NCBI GenBank assembly: GCA_030704615.1 | Contig: CM060732.1 | Span: forward strand, 68,324,001 to 68,388,000 | Source: Takakia lepidozioides | Lineage: Eukaryota > Plantae > Bryophyta | Length of the DNA: 64,000 nucleotides | Reading direction: 5' to 3' | Shown: positions 1 to 14,200 of the stretch, one piece after another | Layout of the letters: each line of letters begins with the position of its first letter | Numbering within the stretch: position 1 is the first letter of the stretch | Notes under the pieces: model-generated | The model's input: only the letters and a program-made list of their open reading frames with translations | Database searches by the model: none | What the model was told of the DNA's origin: nothing | Program-made: the position numbers and the translations under genes

Positions 1-2359
1 TACGGCAAGCGTTTTCATGTGTTGCTGACCTTTAGGGCATGTTGATCATGTGATGTAAAATTGTTGTATATTACATCCGTTATGTCTTGATGGGTAATTT
101 CTTGAATTTCTTCATTTGTAATAGTATCTTTGGTGTCAATTTCCGCCGTTGACATGGTTGTATGAATATATACTGCAATCCGAACAACTTTGGAACATCA
201 TGAGTATCATGCTGGTGGCCAGTGTGCAAGTGAGCTGGTCATTGGCTTGGATCATACTAGCAGTCGTAGATACAAATACCCGCTATCAAATAACTACGCA
301 GGGATTGGAACAACATAATTATAGACACATGACAACTCCTGCATAACATTCTAGAACTAGCTAAATGCTTCATTTTTGAACCTAGAGGTTAGTCTAGGTT
401 TTAGCCTGTAACCCCTACTAGACAAACTAGTTATGTGGTTTTGTCCATGTTCATCATGAACATGGACCCACTTATAGTAATAATTAGAATGTTAATGAGG
501 TCTGGATGGATGGGCAGCGAGACCATCCATCCGACCTCATTCTCCCGCCATCCCTCTCTATCCCGCCACCATCACCCCGAGTCTCTCTCTCGTTAAGCAC
601 CTGAAGCGCATAAGGTAGAAACACCCAAATATGAGCAGGTCTCAAAATGGACCCCTATTTTTGGGGTGTAAAGTGGTCCCTCCTGCCCTTAAATGGCGAC
701 CTTACTGCCAACGGGCTGATTTAGGTTCCTTCACGGGCATTGTGGGCCCCATGGTGCTTTGTTAGATGAACAAAAACGTACTGAATACTGTGACCAGCGT
801 ATTTGCCAAATGGAGGCCTTTTATAGGATACCTTTTGCTCTTGTGGGCCGAGCTGTTGGGTGAGTTATTGGGCCATTTCAAGTGCACATCTCGTGCATAT
901 CAGGTCACATGTAGGCTTCATATTAGATAATATTTCAGTGAGTTATGGTACCCTCTATAGCTCAGGCATAGCATTTTTGTGCCCTGCCACTTTGATAATA
1001 TATATATCAATTAGCCACTTCGTCCAAAATTCATGCAATTCAAACCACAAGCTGTTTGTTCAATTGCTCATCCAGTCATATAATTTTTCCCCTTACTGCA
1101 CCAATTGTATGGGCATATCTGCTTAAGCGCTCACATTTGGGTGTAACTACCTTAGTTAGCGCGGCGCTTTGAGCACCAAGCAAGCGGGGCAGAGTGAGTG
1201 AGCGCGTTGAGGAGCAAGCCTTGTTTGAGCACCAAGTGGAGAGGGAGCCTGCGTGCACTAGCGGCACTCACGGGTAAGGTCTATTTTTTTTTTGTTTTTT
1301 GTTTTTGCTCCCCTCAAGCTCTCTCCCTCTCTCGACTCTCTCTCTCTCGCCCATCGCTGGTGTAAGCAGAGCCGCGAGCTGCTGCCAACATCGTTGGGCT
1401 TTTTATTTATTTATTTATTTTTATCTATTTTGGTTTGTTTTTTTTTGTCTCTCATATCTTCCTCTCCCTCTCTTCTCTCCCTCTTTTCTCTCCCTCTTGC
1501 TCGCTTTGTCTCAGTCCCCCGCCCCATCACTGCTGGCAGTGGAGCCGTGAGCTTTGCTGCTCGCGATTTTGCCTTATTTTTAATTCTTTTTTGTTTAAGT
1601 TTTTTTTAAAAAAAAATCTGCATTTAATTCTCAAAAAAATTCCCCTCCCTCTCTCCTCTTAAGGCCCCCACGCACATCTCCGATCATCCTTGGAGGCCTA
1701 ATTCATAGGCCTAGCATTTCTCAGCATACTAAAAGAGGCTTGCATTATTATACAGATTGAGTTTTTTAAATATTAAAGATTAAAGATTATTTGGGATAAT
1801 GCATTAAAGTATCTTGTATTTAAATTAATAAAACTAACTGAATGATTCCTCGATTTGGCATTTGCAGGATTTGGGAGCCTTTTAGTGTGGTGTGAGCAAG
1901 ACTGAATATTCAATCTTGACTTGGCGCACCAATTGGAACAGTGAGTATCAACAAACTATTGCTTTTGTTTATTTTATTTATCTTGTTCATTTATCTATTT
2001 TTAATTTTTTGATGTTTCTCTCTTATTCATGCAGGAGAATGAGAGAAAACAAAGAAGGTGGCGTCGGGTCACCCCCTCCTCTTTCCCCACATCCGCAAGT
2101 AATTTATTATTTCACTAAGTTTTTTTTCATTGTAGCCTATTCATTTTTTTATAATTAAAGTTTAGGTGTGTATTTATTTATTAAGTATGAATTAGTATAG
2201 TTATACGATTTTAATCTAAGTAATATTCTAATTTAGTTATTTGTTATTGTATTTGAACTCAGGTGGATGATTATGTCGAAGAAGATGACGTAGAGTTGCC
2301 CCTTCCTATTTCCCCACATCGGCAGGTAATTTATTATTTCACTAAGTTTTTTTTCATTT

Positions 2360-4740
2360 TAAAAGCCGCGAGCCAGTGGCCTTGCCCTCATGTCAACCAA
2401 GAGCCAGAGGATGAAAAGTCACAACCTGTGTAAAACCTGTGTTGATGAGCAACAAAAACCATGTGGGGATGGAAACAGTGCTCTTACGGACAAGAGACAC
2501 AAACCAAAAAAGATGTGAAACATGGCTGTGAGTGGGATTATACCAATAGGGACAAGAGACACAGATGCCAAGTGGAGGGGCTGAGAGAGAAATAGAGCTC
2601 TACTCAAAATTTAGGAACTACATCGGACCCTCCTCATGATGTGTGAGCTCTCTTTGCTGTCTACTATGTCCAGTATACACTGATTGGCGCCAACCCACCA
2701 ACATAGTAATATAGGCAGACGTAAGACTGAGAATTATACAACTCAAAACTTGTCCATGTGCCCCCAAAGCAAAAAACCTGAATGAAGAGGTAGAAAATAA
2801 TTCCTGGTAAGGTGAAATGTCACGTAGCGAACAAGATAACAGCTGCCTTGGGCAGTATTTCTCCTTGAGCAGATTTCTATAAGTTCACAAGACATAAACT
2901 TGTTTGGTGGCTGTGTGAGAAAACCATACTTTATCCCGCAATTAAGGTGTCTCTACTCAATCATCAAGCCAAATGCATTATGTCTTCATACAATTGACAG
3001 ATTGGCTCTGAGAAATTTGTAGGGCTGAAGTCCTGGTTAGAGGTCAAGTCTTGGTCAACCGGCCTCACTAAGGGCATTAATCTAGCCTATGAAAGTTACT
3101 TAATGTCAGCTTTATGAGACTCGAGTCTCTGCCTTTAAGATTTATTTAGCCAAAAGAATCCATCTTCCACTTACCACTTAACCCAACATGCAATTGAATT
3201 TCTATTGATAGAGGACCAAAGTGGAACAAATTCTTGAAGTTAGGATGTGATAAAAAACTTCCTCAGGTGAGTCCTCAAGGCGTATCAACACTTTGTCTGC
3301 CTGGACAACCTGCAGAATTTTCCCTTACGAGTTTAATTGAGTATGACACTATGAGCCTTTCATCTCTTGGATGTGTTCAGCCTTGGAGCTTCTGACCTTG
3401 GGAAGACCAATATCCTGCAGCATGACATTGAGACTGAAGGACCTCCTATCAAGCAATTTGCCTGTAGGGAGAGTGTATTGTGCAAGAGGAAATCAAAAAA
3501 ATGCTTGAAGCTGTGTGATTAAGCATTCCATCTCTCCTTGGGCCAGTCCCATAGTCCTTGTAAGAAAGAAGGGTGGAAGTACTCGCTTTTGTGTAGACTT
3601 CAGGCGTCTCAACACAGTCACTAAGAAGGATGCATATCCCCTCCCCAGGATCCATGAGACCCTTGACATGTTACATGGAGCCACTGTGTTTTCTTCCTTA
3701 GACTTGGCCTCTGGATTTTGGCAAGTGCCTCTAACTGAGGAAGCAAAAGAGAAAACCTCATTTGTTTGTAGGATGAACAAGTACCAGTATGAGACCATGC
3801 CTTTTGGTTTGTGCAATGCAACTTCTACCTTCCAGCGCTTGATGGATATTGTCCTTGGAAATCTGAGGTGGGAGTGTGCTTTGATATACATTGAAGATAT
3901 CTATTCAGCCACATTTGAAGCACATCTTCTTTCAAGACTTGCAACGTGTCTTCAACAGACTTAGAGCTGTAGGGCTAAAGGTTAAGCCTAAGAAATGTGA
4001 ATTGTGCATGCCTGAGCTTCACTTCTTGGGTCATGTCCTATCTAAAGAAGGTCTTAAGTCTAATCCTAAGAAGTTTTGCTCTGTCTGGGAGTTTCCCATT
4101 CCCAAGGACAAACACTGTGTTAAATCTTTCCTTGGTTTGGCTTCTTACTACCGGAGGTTCATCAAACATTTTTCCATGATTGCTTTTGCTTTGACCAAGC
4201 TTTTGGCTAAGGATGTTCGCTTTGAATGGGGCACTTTCCAACAAGTTGCCTTTGACAGGTTGAAGGTTGCTCTCACCGCTGCTCCAGTCTTTATGTTTCC
4301 CAATTTTCACTTGTCTTTTAAGATACAAACAAATGCTTCTGATGTTGCCATCTCTGCTATTTTTTGAGTTGCTTTATGGTAGACGTTGTGTCTCTCCTTT
4401 GCATCCTACTCTACTGATTTCCATTGTTTCTGAGCCTGCTGACTTGTCTGATTTTGTAGAGAGGGTGCATGCTAGGCACATGTTCTCGATTAATGAGGCT
4501 AAAGCTAACATTGTTCTTGCTCAAGCAATACAAGCTAGGAATTTTAACAAGCGGGTTAAATACTTAGATCACTTCCATGAGGGACAGACTGTGTGCCTAC
4601 GTCTTCAGGATGGGCAACATGCATGTAAATCTAAGCGGAAGATCGATGGTCCTTATTTATTGTACAAGTTGCTTTGTGGGAGACGTGCTTTGATTTTGCC
4701 ATAGGGACAATACGAAAGCACTGGTGTACGGGCTTCTGGA
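2360..4740 (+). mobile_element. Degenerate Ty3/gypsy retrotransposon internal fragment (RT, partial RNase H, integrase C-terminus)
   Basis: 3515-3964 SPWASPIVLVRKK..RFCVDFRRLN..YPLPRI..MPFGLCNA..YIEDI; 3891-4367 FLGLASYYRRFIKHFS..IQTNASD; then a jump to the integrase end (FELLYGR..GPY). Frameshifts present. The 5' boundary is approximate. Confidence 0.85.
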
Positions 4741-5443
4741 CGTGCTCTGTGAGCTTTGGATGTGTGTGTGTTAGCTCTGCATATGCTGTACGTGGGATCC
4801 TCTATATATTCATCTCTCTTCTCGTGCTGTAAAGCCCGCTCCTTCCGAGCTCTTACCCCCCTAGTTTAACGTGCACTTGTGAGGACGGGAGAATCTCATT
4901 CAAGCACAAAATAAGCCTTCATATTGCCCCTAACTCTTCTCTATCACTCTTTAAGAGCAAAAACTAACAAATTGCATTTCATCTACTCCTCTTCAAACAT
5001 ATTAGCATCCTATAACGCATCCTGATTGAAGTGCCCTCTTGAAAATGCTATATGTAGTTAGTATCCCTAACCTCAAACTACCCTAGAGCCTACCCCTGCA
5101 TCATGTCCCTCAACCGCCGCATGCATGGTATTGGAGTGGTAGCACGAGGAAGAAGACGGTATGTTTTTGCGCCGGGGTTTTAGAAGTCCATGTATCCTAC
5201 CCCACCAAGGTATTGCCGGGTTTTGCCGGGTACCCGCCTGGTATGATCCTTCATACCATTATCCTTACCCTAGTTGATACCCACCCAAGACCTATATACC
5301 GGTCCAACACTGAAAATAACCTCTTTCATTTATGCGCCATGGAGGCAAATGAGTGGGACACCGCCCCGGAACCATACCACACCCGTCAGTAGCAAGATTT
5401 GACCCCAGAATCATCTGGGTGGCACTCAGATTATGTTTTTTCC

Positions 5444-6303
5444 ATTATTATTATTATTATTATTGTTGTTGGTTAACAGGGTTGGAGCCCTGGTTAACTT
5501 TATTTTGAAATATTTTTGGTGGGCGAGGCCCTTACATAGATGGTTATTGGGAGGGAAAAATTAAACCCTCTGATTACGCCATAAGGCACACACACCGTAG
5601 TCAGTGAATTGGAGCCTAACTACTCATGATGAGTAATAACGAACTGTCTGACTTGAGGCCTTTTTGCGTAATGCTACGAAGCGGTGGCGATCCCACCGGA
5701 TTCGATAATGTATGTTCCTCAGGCTCCAATTCAGCTAGAATAAAAAAACTAGCTACGGTTTAGGCCTGCTTCAGCGGATTGCTTGCCCGAAGGACTTAGC
5801 GGAAGCTGAGCATGGAGGCCTTTGATGATTGTTTAACGTGCTTCCAGTTGATATCCCTGTCAAACTCCGGCGAGGCTGTGGACGGTACCCGTGGCGTCTC
5901 TCCAAGCCCTTGGGGACAGTTTGTTCCAATCGCAGCGATCCGGGGAGGGGCTGTTGCAGATAATTCCATCCCGCCCCTAGGTTGCAATGAAGGTAGAGTG
6001 GAGTTGGATAGCTTGTTGGTCCGATCGTGCTCTTTCGATATTTGCACATAGTTTTTTCCACGCTTTCCTGGCCTCAATTTGCATGTCCATGTAGATTTTT
6101 GCGAGGAGTGAGGAAGTTAGTTTTTTCGCATCTTATTTTCCACAGGTGCCAGAGCGTTGCGCTTCTAAGAGTATCGTAAACTGGGCAGTGATTGGCTTTT
6201 GTTTTTGTTGTTGGGTCATAATTCAGCACCGGGGTGAGGTTTATGTGCCCCCAAGTTCGGAAATTACAATTGGTCTTAGATTTCAATTCTTCACACATGG
6301 GCT
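5444..6303 (-). mobile_element. 5'-truncated L1/Tx1-like LINE, copy 1 (ORF2 C-terminus, 3' UTR, (AAT)n tail)
   Basis: LNYD..PVYDTLRSATLWHLWKIRC and WNKLSP..GV* are homologous to 47052-47891. Shared 3' UTR blocks. (TAT)n at 5444-5467 is the tail. Confidence 0.85.
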
Positions 6304-6866
6304 GGAAGACAATAGGAATAATGTAAGAACTTAATGGAAGCTTGCGATCTTTTGCCGGATTCCGGCAGCCCGGGCTCCTCCGGCGTGGGCCCTGTCAAAT
6401 TCTCCCCACCCCTCTTACCTTGGTTTCACTATTAAATACTTAAGAATCCAGATGGGGTTCATGCTGTGGTGGGTAGTGTGATGATAAAGTGATAGCATTG
6501 TAGGCGGCGAGGTTGGGTGTTTGATTCTTGATGGGAGGCTCTTGTAGTGTAACCCAGGTATTAGTATTCCAATTGGTGTAATCCTCAATAACTTGGTTAG
6601 TCCATTTTATACTTAGACAAATTTCGAGACCAAGTGTGAGTTACACTCCATTCTGTGTAACCCGGAGTGGAATTCCACACCTCGTCGTCTAACCCAATGT
6701 AACCCCAAGTGGAGTTACACACCTCTGGACTGGAGTTTACACTCCTCCAGCTCCATGTCCCTCTCAAGAGAGGGTGGGGAAGATTTGACATGCCAGAAAC
6801 CTACGTGCCATCCTGTCAGAGGTTGTGCATGTGCATTAAGTTCTTACATTATTCCTATTATCTTCC
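6304..6866. mobile_element. MITE-like element with 33-bp terminal inverted repeats
   Basis: GGAAGACAATAGGAATAATGTAAGAACTTAATG (6304-6336) vs the reverse complement of 6834-6866, one mismatch. Internal GTGTAACC/GAGTTACAC repeats. No clear TSD. Confidence 0.7.
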
Positions 6867-7751
6867 CCACAGGCTACCCTAAGTATAGTATAAATACACA
6901 ACATCTAACTCTATGATAGATACCAAATGGAGTGGAGGCCTGGGTATGATCCCTGGGTTAGGCTGCAGTAAAGTGTTCCATATTCGAGACCCGCGGTCAT
7001 GGTATTATTTGTTGAAGATTCCTCATTTCCTTGCCAACAGCGAGAGAGAGGAAGTGGTGGGTACAGAAGTCACATTAAGGGGACAAATCATGGGTTTTCC
7101 CCTCTATCTCTGAAAAGTCCATAAAAAGTGGGGCAGATGTATAACACAACAAGAGTGCAACAACAGAACACACAAATGGAAAAGGATCCCTCAGACAACA
7201 ATCTTCAGAATCAACCCACAAATTTTTCATCCCAAATGTATACGAAAGAACACTGGACAGAAACAGCACAGTTGTTACAAGAATTGTGCACGAAAGACTC
7301 TTTCTAAATGTGACATTGAAACACCCTATTCCATTTCTTGTCGCTATTTCATCTTGTTCACATCATGTCGCCAAGAATAGGTTGGCGATGAGCAATTTGC
7401 ATACAGCCAGTTAGAGGGCTGTATTATGCTGTATGTTACATGTTAGAAACTGGGTAAAGCTTTTGGGAGGTTTGATAATACCACATGGCAGACTGCAAAT
7501 GTTACCCTTCTTTTGCCACACACTGGAAGGTCTCAGGGGATGCATTCCCTACCATAGATCACTCGAAAACATTCTGTGGGGATGGTTCACCATTTGGATA
7601 GTCCTTGGTCTCTAGGCTTGCAGTGAGCACACTCGAGTCGTTGTGTCACTACGCCCCGCCCTTCTCTCAAACAAAACCCCAGGAATCTTCTACAGATACA
7701 GTTCTCAGAAAATTAAGTTGTTCTATGCATCAAAAACCACCCTATTGTAAA

Positions 7752-7805
7752 AGAGAATGTACTCATGAGACGTTGTTTGTTTAAGGGAGAGAAAGAGAGA
7801 GAAAG
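7752..7805 (-). mobile_element. Tiny 3'-end fragment of the RTE-X-like LINE in a GA-rich tract
   Basis: GAGAATGTACTCATGAGACGTTGTTTG matches 33893-33917 and 17823-17849. Confidence 0.65.
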
Positions 7806-8224
7806 AGGATGAATAAAATACAAAGAGAGTGTCATCGTTGCACAGATAGCTTGGGTTATCTGGCTTCTGAGGGTAAACAACACTGAGGGCTTCATCTCTT
7901 GCTTCCTGAGAATCCCGCAATAATTTCCATTAGTCCCTACACAGGTGGATTGAAGAGTCAATGAATATAGTGTCCTGGATAGTTACACGGAGAGCTAGTT
8001 GGCCCTGTGCTTCTTTTTTCTCTCAGCACGTCATGTTTCACATACAAGAATCGTTGTCTTGGCTGCTGAGCCTGCCTGGGTCCAAGCTAGACAATGACAG
8101 GTCTGTAGGTTATAGAGTAGGTGTTTCCTCTTTTGCTGCCAAAAATGCGAAAACGAATGGTAGAGATGATTGTACCGTTGATTGAAGATGGGGGTAAGAA
8201 AATGCTTACATACTATGGCTCTCC

Positions 8225-11200
8225 TCATGGCCCCTTTTGAAGGACTGTCTTTGACATCTGGATAGCCTCGGCAGCGTCAATGTCCTCTGGTGCAATAGGC
8301 TTCTGCGTTGAAATCCCACAGCTCAAGGGTGCCAAGCTTCCAGTTGTTACACTTTGGTTTGAACCATGGGCATCAAGCTGTGAGGCCGCAACAGGCGAAT
8401 CCCTGCTCACCAGAAAACTACCTTCCTGCCCAGCCAGCTCACTTTTCTCCTTTGAGTCCAACACCTGGCCATCCCTGAACATCTCTGGATTCTCTTTGAT
8501 CCGGCGATCGTACTCAAGGGCAGCTTCCTCAGCACTGTTGAACATGCCAAAATATGCATATTTTCTTCGAACCGGGTCGAAACAGGATGCCTGAAACCCG
8601 AGTGTCCTTTTATTAGCAAATAGCGGTAGTCATCATTGGTTTTTACTGGGGTCTAAGAACCGAGTGTCACTGAGTTGGCTTCTAATTCAAACAGATATCA
8701 CATCTAGAAGATGTCAAAAGGCTAGAATACTTTCTCTCTTGCTCCTCTAAATTACTACCTGAAACCGTTTGCCTCTTTGGTAGACCTTCAAAACCCGGTG
8801 GTGCTCTTTCTCAGTAAATGCGCCTGACACTCCTTCAGAGATATCCAATGTATCCTCCATTAGCTCCTCTGAGTCTGGCTCATCTCCAGAGCTAGCTACA
8901 TTCTCCTCATATAACCTGGAGGGCTCGGGAACGTTTGGATTCCTGCTAGCATTGGAATCTTCATGGTCAGAGTCTCGTGTTTCCAAGACCTGGCTGGCTT
9001 TCAAGAGCTCGCCTACCAAAGCATTGAATGCGGGCGTCTCTGGTCCCTCTCTCCGAGAACTTTCCTCTGTTCCTGTCTTGTGCTGTGATGGAGACACAGT
9101 CCCTTCCACTGAGCCCTTCAAAGAACTCTTTGCTTTATGCCGCTGGCTGTACATCCTTACCCTATACTCCTCCTTCTTCGCAGGCCCCAGCACAAAATGT
9201 TCAAGGGAGCATGAACTTTCCCCACCATGGCCATCATCTTCGCCATCCAGATCTTCCTTCCTTCCACTCTCCTCTCTTTCTGTGGGTAGAACCGGGGAGG
9301 AATCTAATTCACATGTGCTAGCAGTCATGGACGATCCCTCACCTTTGACGCATCCCCTATCCACTAGACCTGCTGCTTTGTCTCCACGAAAGTTCAACTT
9401 AGCAGCAGGGCCAAGGTTCTTGGAGGCCTCAAGGTCGTAGGCGCGAGCAGCTATTTCAGCAGTAGGAAAGTTCCCACAGTAATTGTGCTTTTTGTTTACA
9501 CTGTCCCAGAAAATGGCCTGGAAAGTGCTCCGATTTGCATACACCCCAATATACTTGGTTGACTTGCTAGACCACTTGCCCTCTAGCAAGGGGTCCACTG
9601 GGACAGATGTGGAAGCGGGACATTGTTCTTCTCTATTGTCATTTGTAACAAGTTTCGCAGGAGGATCCACAACAGCAGTGGTTGGAGTCTCCAAAGCAGG
9701 TGCTGATGATTTCAGTGTCTCAAGTTCAGCTGGCAGATTTAAAACTGCCGCCTCCCCAAATTGCCCAAAAGCCACCTAACCACAAATTGACATCCAAATC
9801 AAGGTTAGATACGATACCTGTACTGGATTTTCCTAGTATTGTGTTCAAGGATGCCAAAGGGGCTATGCAACCAAAAGAACAGATCTCCAAAACTAATTGC
9901 AAGTAGGCCAAAAGAATTCAAGAAGTATATTCTCATTCCAGGCTTGCCATAGATGAGGGCTTAACTCCTGCAGCTGTCCAATAAATGTATTGCAGCTGAG
10001 TAAACATGGAAAACCTATCCTCTTTGCTGTTTTCCATCATCTTACCCGAGGGAAGGATAACAAAGATGATCTCGCTGAATATTGGGACTGGATCATAGGT
10101 ATACCTGATCATGGGCTCGAGCAGCTTCCTCAGCAGTTAAAAACGTGCCCAGGTATGTGTGCTTTTTAGTTGCTGGATTATAGTAGATGGACTGAAACTT
10201 GTGACCATTGCAGTAAACCCCTCGAAAGTCAGCTCGCCGAGTGAAACCTCCTCGTCGGGCGGGCTTTTTTGCTGCTGCCCCATGTGCAGATGTCCCCTTT
10301 CCAGATCGTATGGAGCGGGCTGAGCCCTTCTGCCCACTGGGCAGATGCAAAGTCCCCTTCTGATTTAACTTACCTACCACAGGTGCCTCCTGACCAGAAT
10401 TAGCACGTGTGCCGAGTGGCTTTCTTCTGGGAGTGTCCCGTCTTTCAGGGACCATGCTCGATGTCTCTCCCTCATCTCCCAGCGAAGCTTCAGGGACAGA
10501 CTCCATAGCTGCAACTTCCTTGTCGCCAGCACGGCGTGCAGCATCAACTGAGCTAAAAACTCCCACAGACCGATAGTCCTTCAGCTTTACATCATAGCAC
10601 ATAGTTTCAAAGTCCCCAGCATCCGTAAGCTGAATCACAACCTTCTTCGTTATTGGTTTTGCTTTCACCTTCAGAGATTGAATCTCATCGGGGAAGTTGA
10701 GAGGAGCTGTGACACCACGTTTGCGGTAGGCCACCTCGTCATACGCATGAGCTGCTTCCTCAGGGGTATCATAGATGCCAATATAAATATGTTTCTTTGT
10801 TCGGGGAACATAAATTTTGGCCTTAAATCGCCCACTTGGGGTGGACTGTACTCCCATGTAAGTCTGTTGACTTTCCTTTCCAGAGGCTTTCTTTCTGGAT
10901 AAGCCTTTGGTTGGAGTCTTAACAGGTGACCTTGAATTACCTGCTTCCACATTCCAGGTGCCACTCTGCTTCTTTTCTGCCAATGGGGGCTTGATATTCG
11001 CCTGGACTTTCTTGTGTCCAGATGAAGGAGGATCCCCAGCTGTGCGAATTTTCTTCTGGCCCGCCAAAGGTGAATTGCCATCTGTTTCAATCTTTGTCTC
11101 TTTACGCATCCTTGATGACTCAACTGTGCTTGGAACATTTTTTAGAGCAGGACCTGGCAAGCTTTTCTCTGGGGTTATAGCAGGCAAACTGGATCCACTT

Positions 11201-14200
11201 CCGTGCTTGTCCATCATGGCCCGCCGCTTGGATGTTGTCTTGTAGACCCTGGCATAGCCTGACTCCACATAGCAATCTCCATGAACCCTGAAGAAATACT
11301 CAAGGGGGAGCATTCAAACGACCAATGAGATTGACAGTCAATCTCAGTTACTCCATCACCTAGTTACTTATATTCGTATATAAATACTATATCTGAGTCT
11401 TAATATGCTTCAAAGGCGGGAAATTCTTGCCATATTAGTACACCATCCCACTAGGCCAGAATTGGTGTGGGGACACATGACAAATATTGCACAAATAAGA
11501 GACCACAGCAGAAGAATGAAGTTTGATATCCCCTGCAGTGGAAGATGCTTTGACACATCAACACCATCAAGTAAAATTGTCCAATTGAGCAAGTTACCAA
11601 CAGTAGCAGTAAATCGCTGTTGACACTACATCTCTGACCAGCACAACCAGACCATACAGTACATGCCTGATACCCAGTTTGTTGAATGGCCCCAGATGTC
11701 TGACCGCACATCCTTTGCACCCTGAGAAACCTGGTAACATACCTATAGGGGAAATTGTTGCGGGAAGCCCGTTGCTGTGATTTGCCTCCATGTTCAGTTG
11801 CTTCGTGATCCTTCTCGAGCACTTGCGAGCTCACATCTGGCTCACTGGTTCCTGCTTTCCTTTTTAAGTTTGTTGCCCGACGCTTCTTCATTCTTGACGA
11901 ATCTGTATCCAACCCTATTGGTCCCTCGGATTTCCGCTTACAGCTGTGAGCACCTGGTGAATTTGGCGAGTTGCTGCCTAGTTTCTCTTGAGGAGTGGAG
12001 TTACTCTTTACGGCCTTCGGTGGAACAAGCTTCTTTTCACTAACTGCATAGCATACACCAGAGTTAAGTAGACTCCATAAGATCTGTACATCTCAATTGA
12101 TGTGAATTAGTGCATACTTCGGTGGAGAGCAACAACTTCACAATGCCATTTACTCAGCTCAACAACTGAATGGATGCCTTGTAGTGTTCATGGAAAGGTA
12201 GTCTTCATTCCATGGGTGACAACAGGTACTTATGTAACATCCAGTGATATTTTAATAAAAATGAGCAGCAGTAGTCAGCTGAAGAATCCTGCCACTAAAA
12301 TCAAAGGTATGGCTGGAGCCTTTAGGCATTTTCACAGGTGCCCACACTCAATCTGCTGTGTGTGGGTATGCCCAATAACTAGGCCCCAAAAGGGCCTAGG
12401 CTTTTGGCTCAGCCTCGAGACTTTCAAAGGAGTGCAGAGAGACCCATATACACACACAGGGGAAGGGCGACAGCAATGCATCAAATAAGCTACCTGCAGA
12501 TCCATCCACAACTTGGGTGGCCACAGGAATCTGAGTTGTCATGCCATCATTGATGTCAACCCCTTTCCTGGACTTCTCTCCAGCAACAAGGCTTTCTGGC
12601 TCGGCTGCTGAGGTAGAAACACAAGGCTTGCTCTTTTGGGACTTGCTTTTTTGGACCTTTTGTTCTGCTGAACAAGGGGAGATCTCTGTTTCGGGTACTT
12701 TCCGTTTCATGGCCTTTTTCAAGACTGGGTCTTCCTTTTTCAGGTCCAGATCCTCCTTACTCTGGGCGATCATGCGTTTCTTCTTATACCACTGTGCAAT
12801 ATCCTGGGCCTTGGGTTTCTTCTTGATGGTCTGCACCATCCCCTTTGCCTGCAGACATGCCAACAACCAAGGTTTTTTCAATCTATCAACAGACAAGATC
12901 CTGACAGCAGGATCTCTCTGTTTCTTGCACCTGCACACAGCTATGGTGCAATGAAGCCAGTGCTAATCAATGAATTTTGCCTAAAACCAAAAAAAAATGA
13001 AGAATTAATCACCTGAACATCCCACAAGTCCGGAAAGTTGAGCGTGGAAGCAGCACCCAAATCAATGGCCTTTTGATCACGTGCACGTGCAGCCTCCATC
13101 ATTGAATTGTACATGCCCACATAGACCTTCTTCCTTCTGCTCCGGTCATAGACACTGGCTTCAAACCGGCCTGACTGCGACTTGCGTACGCCCGTCAACC
13201 TGAAGTCCTTGTCTCCATTACCTAGTTCCAATAGAATTTTCTTTTCTTCTTCATTCAACTCTTCTCCAGCAAATGAGCCTGGAGCATTTCTCTGGCGCAA
13301 CTTTTCTAGGGGTCTTTTTCCTTCCAACATCTTCCCCTTCACTGAAGCCCCTGAATTCAGAAAGCAACCTGCCTCCTCTTTCACTAGAGATGTCTCCTCC
13401 TCTTTCACCCTCACCTGACTACTACCCTCAGCTTCCTTTTCCGTGTCCGTCAGGCAGTCTGATTGGCCATCAGGGTCAGTCACCCCTGTTGCTGTTACTA
13501 TCCTCTTGAACTTCTTCTTTTGCCGATTTCCACGAGGGACGGAGTTCCCACCACTGGACCCTGGCTGTGCACCATCCAACTGCAACCCTTCTTGGCTCAC
13601 CGCAAAGTTGCTCAGCAAAAGCAACCGGTCCGCTCCCTGTGTGTCTTGATATATCCTCTCTATGTTGGGCTTCCTCTCTAAGACATTCCCGCAGCCTGGT
13701 TCACCGCCCCTCCTCAAACTTTGCCCCTGAGATAATTCAGAGGGAGGGCGTTTCACTGACTCCCAAGGTAATGTGGTCTCCTCGTGATGTGCCTGGTGGG
13801 CAATTGGTGGAATCACACATGAGTTCTCGGGTCCACAGGCTACAGCATCCTCATTTCCAGTGCAGTCCGTACCTGCAGTCTCTTGGTTATCCACCAAATC
13901 TGCAAAGAGATCAGTTTTCATCTCGTTGCCCCTACTATTGACCTCGGTGCCCTTATTCTTGACCTTGAAAATATCCCCTTTATCTACACCACTACCATCC
14001 TCCTTCTTGACATTGAGGGATCGGCGCTTTTTGGAAGAAAGGGCCTCCAGGCAGGCACTGCTGGCACTCCCACCCTCATCATCGGGAAGACTCGATGGGG
14101 AGCCAAGAACAAATGGATACGAACTAAAATCAAATTCTGATCCCTGCACAAAGTTGGTCACTGCACTTGTCCCTCGGAAGATACGCGCAGCATCATCATA

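Noticed and set aside
5150-5312. hAT-like terminus (CAGTGTTGGACCGG on minus) with CCGGG repeats
   Set aside because: No matching opposite end or TSD identified.
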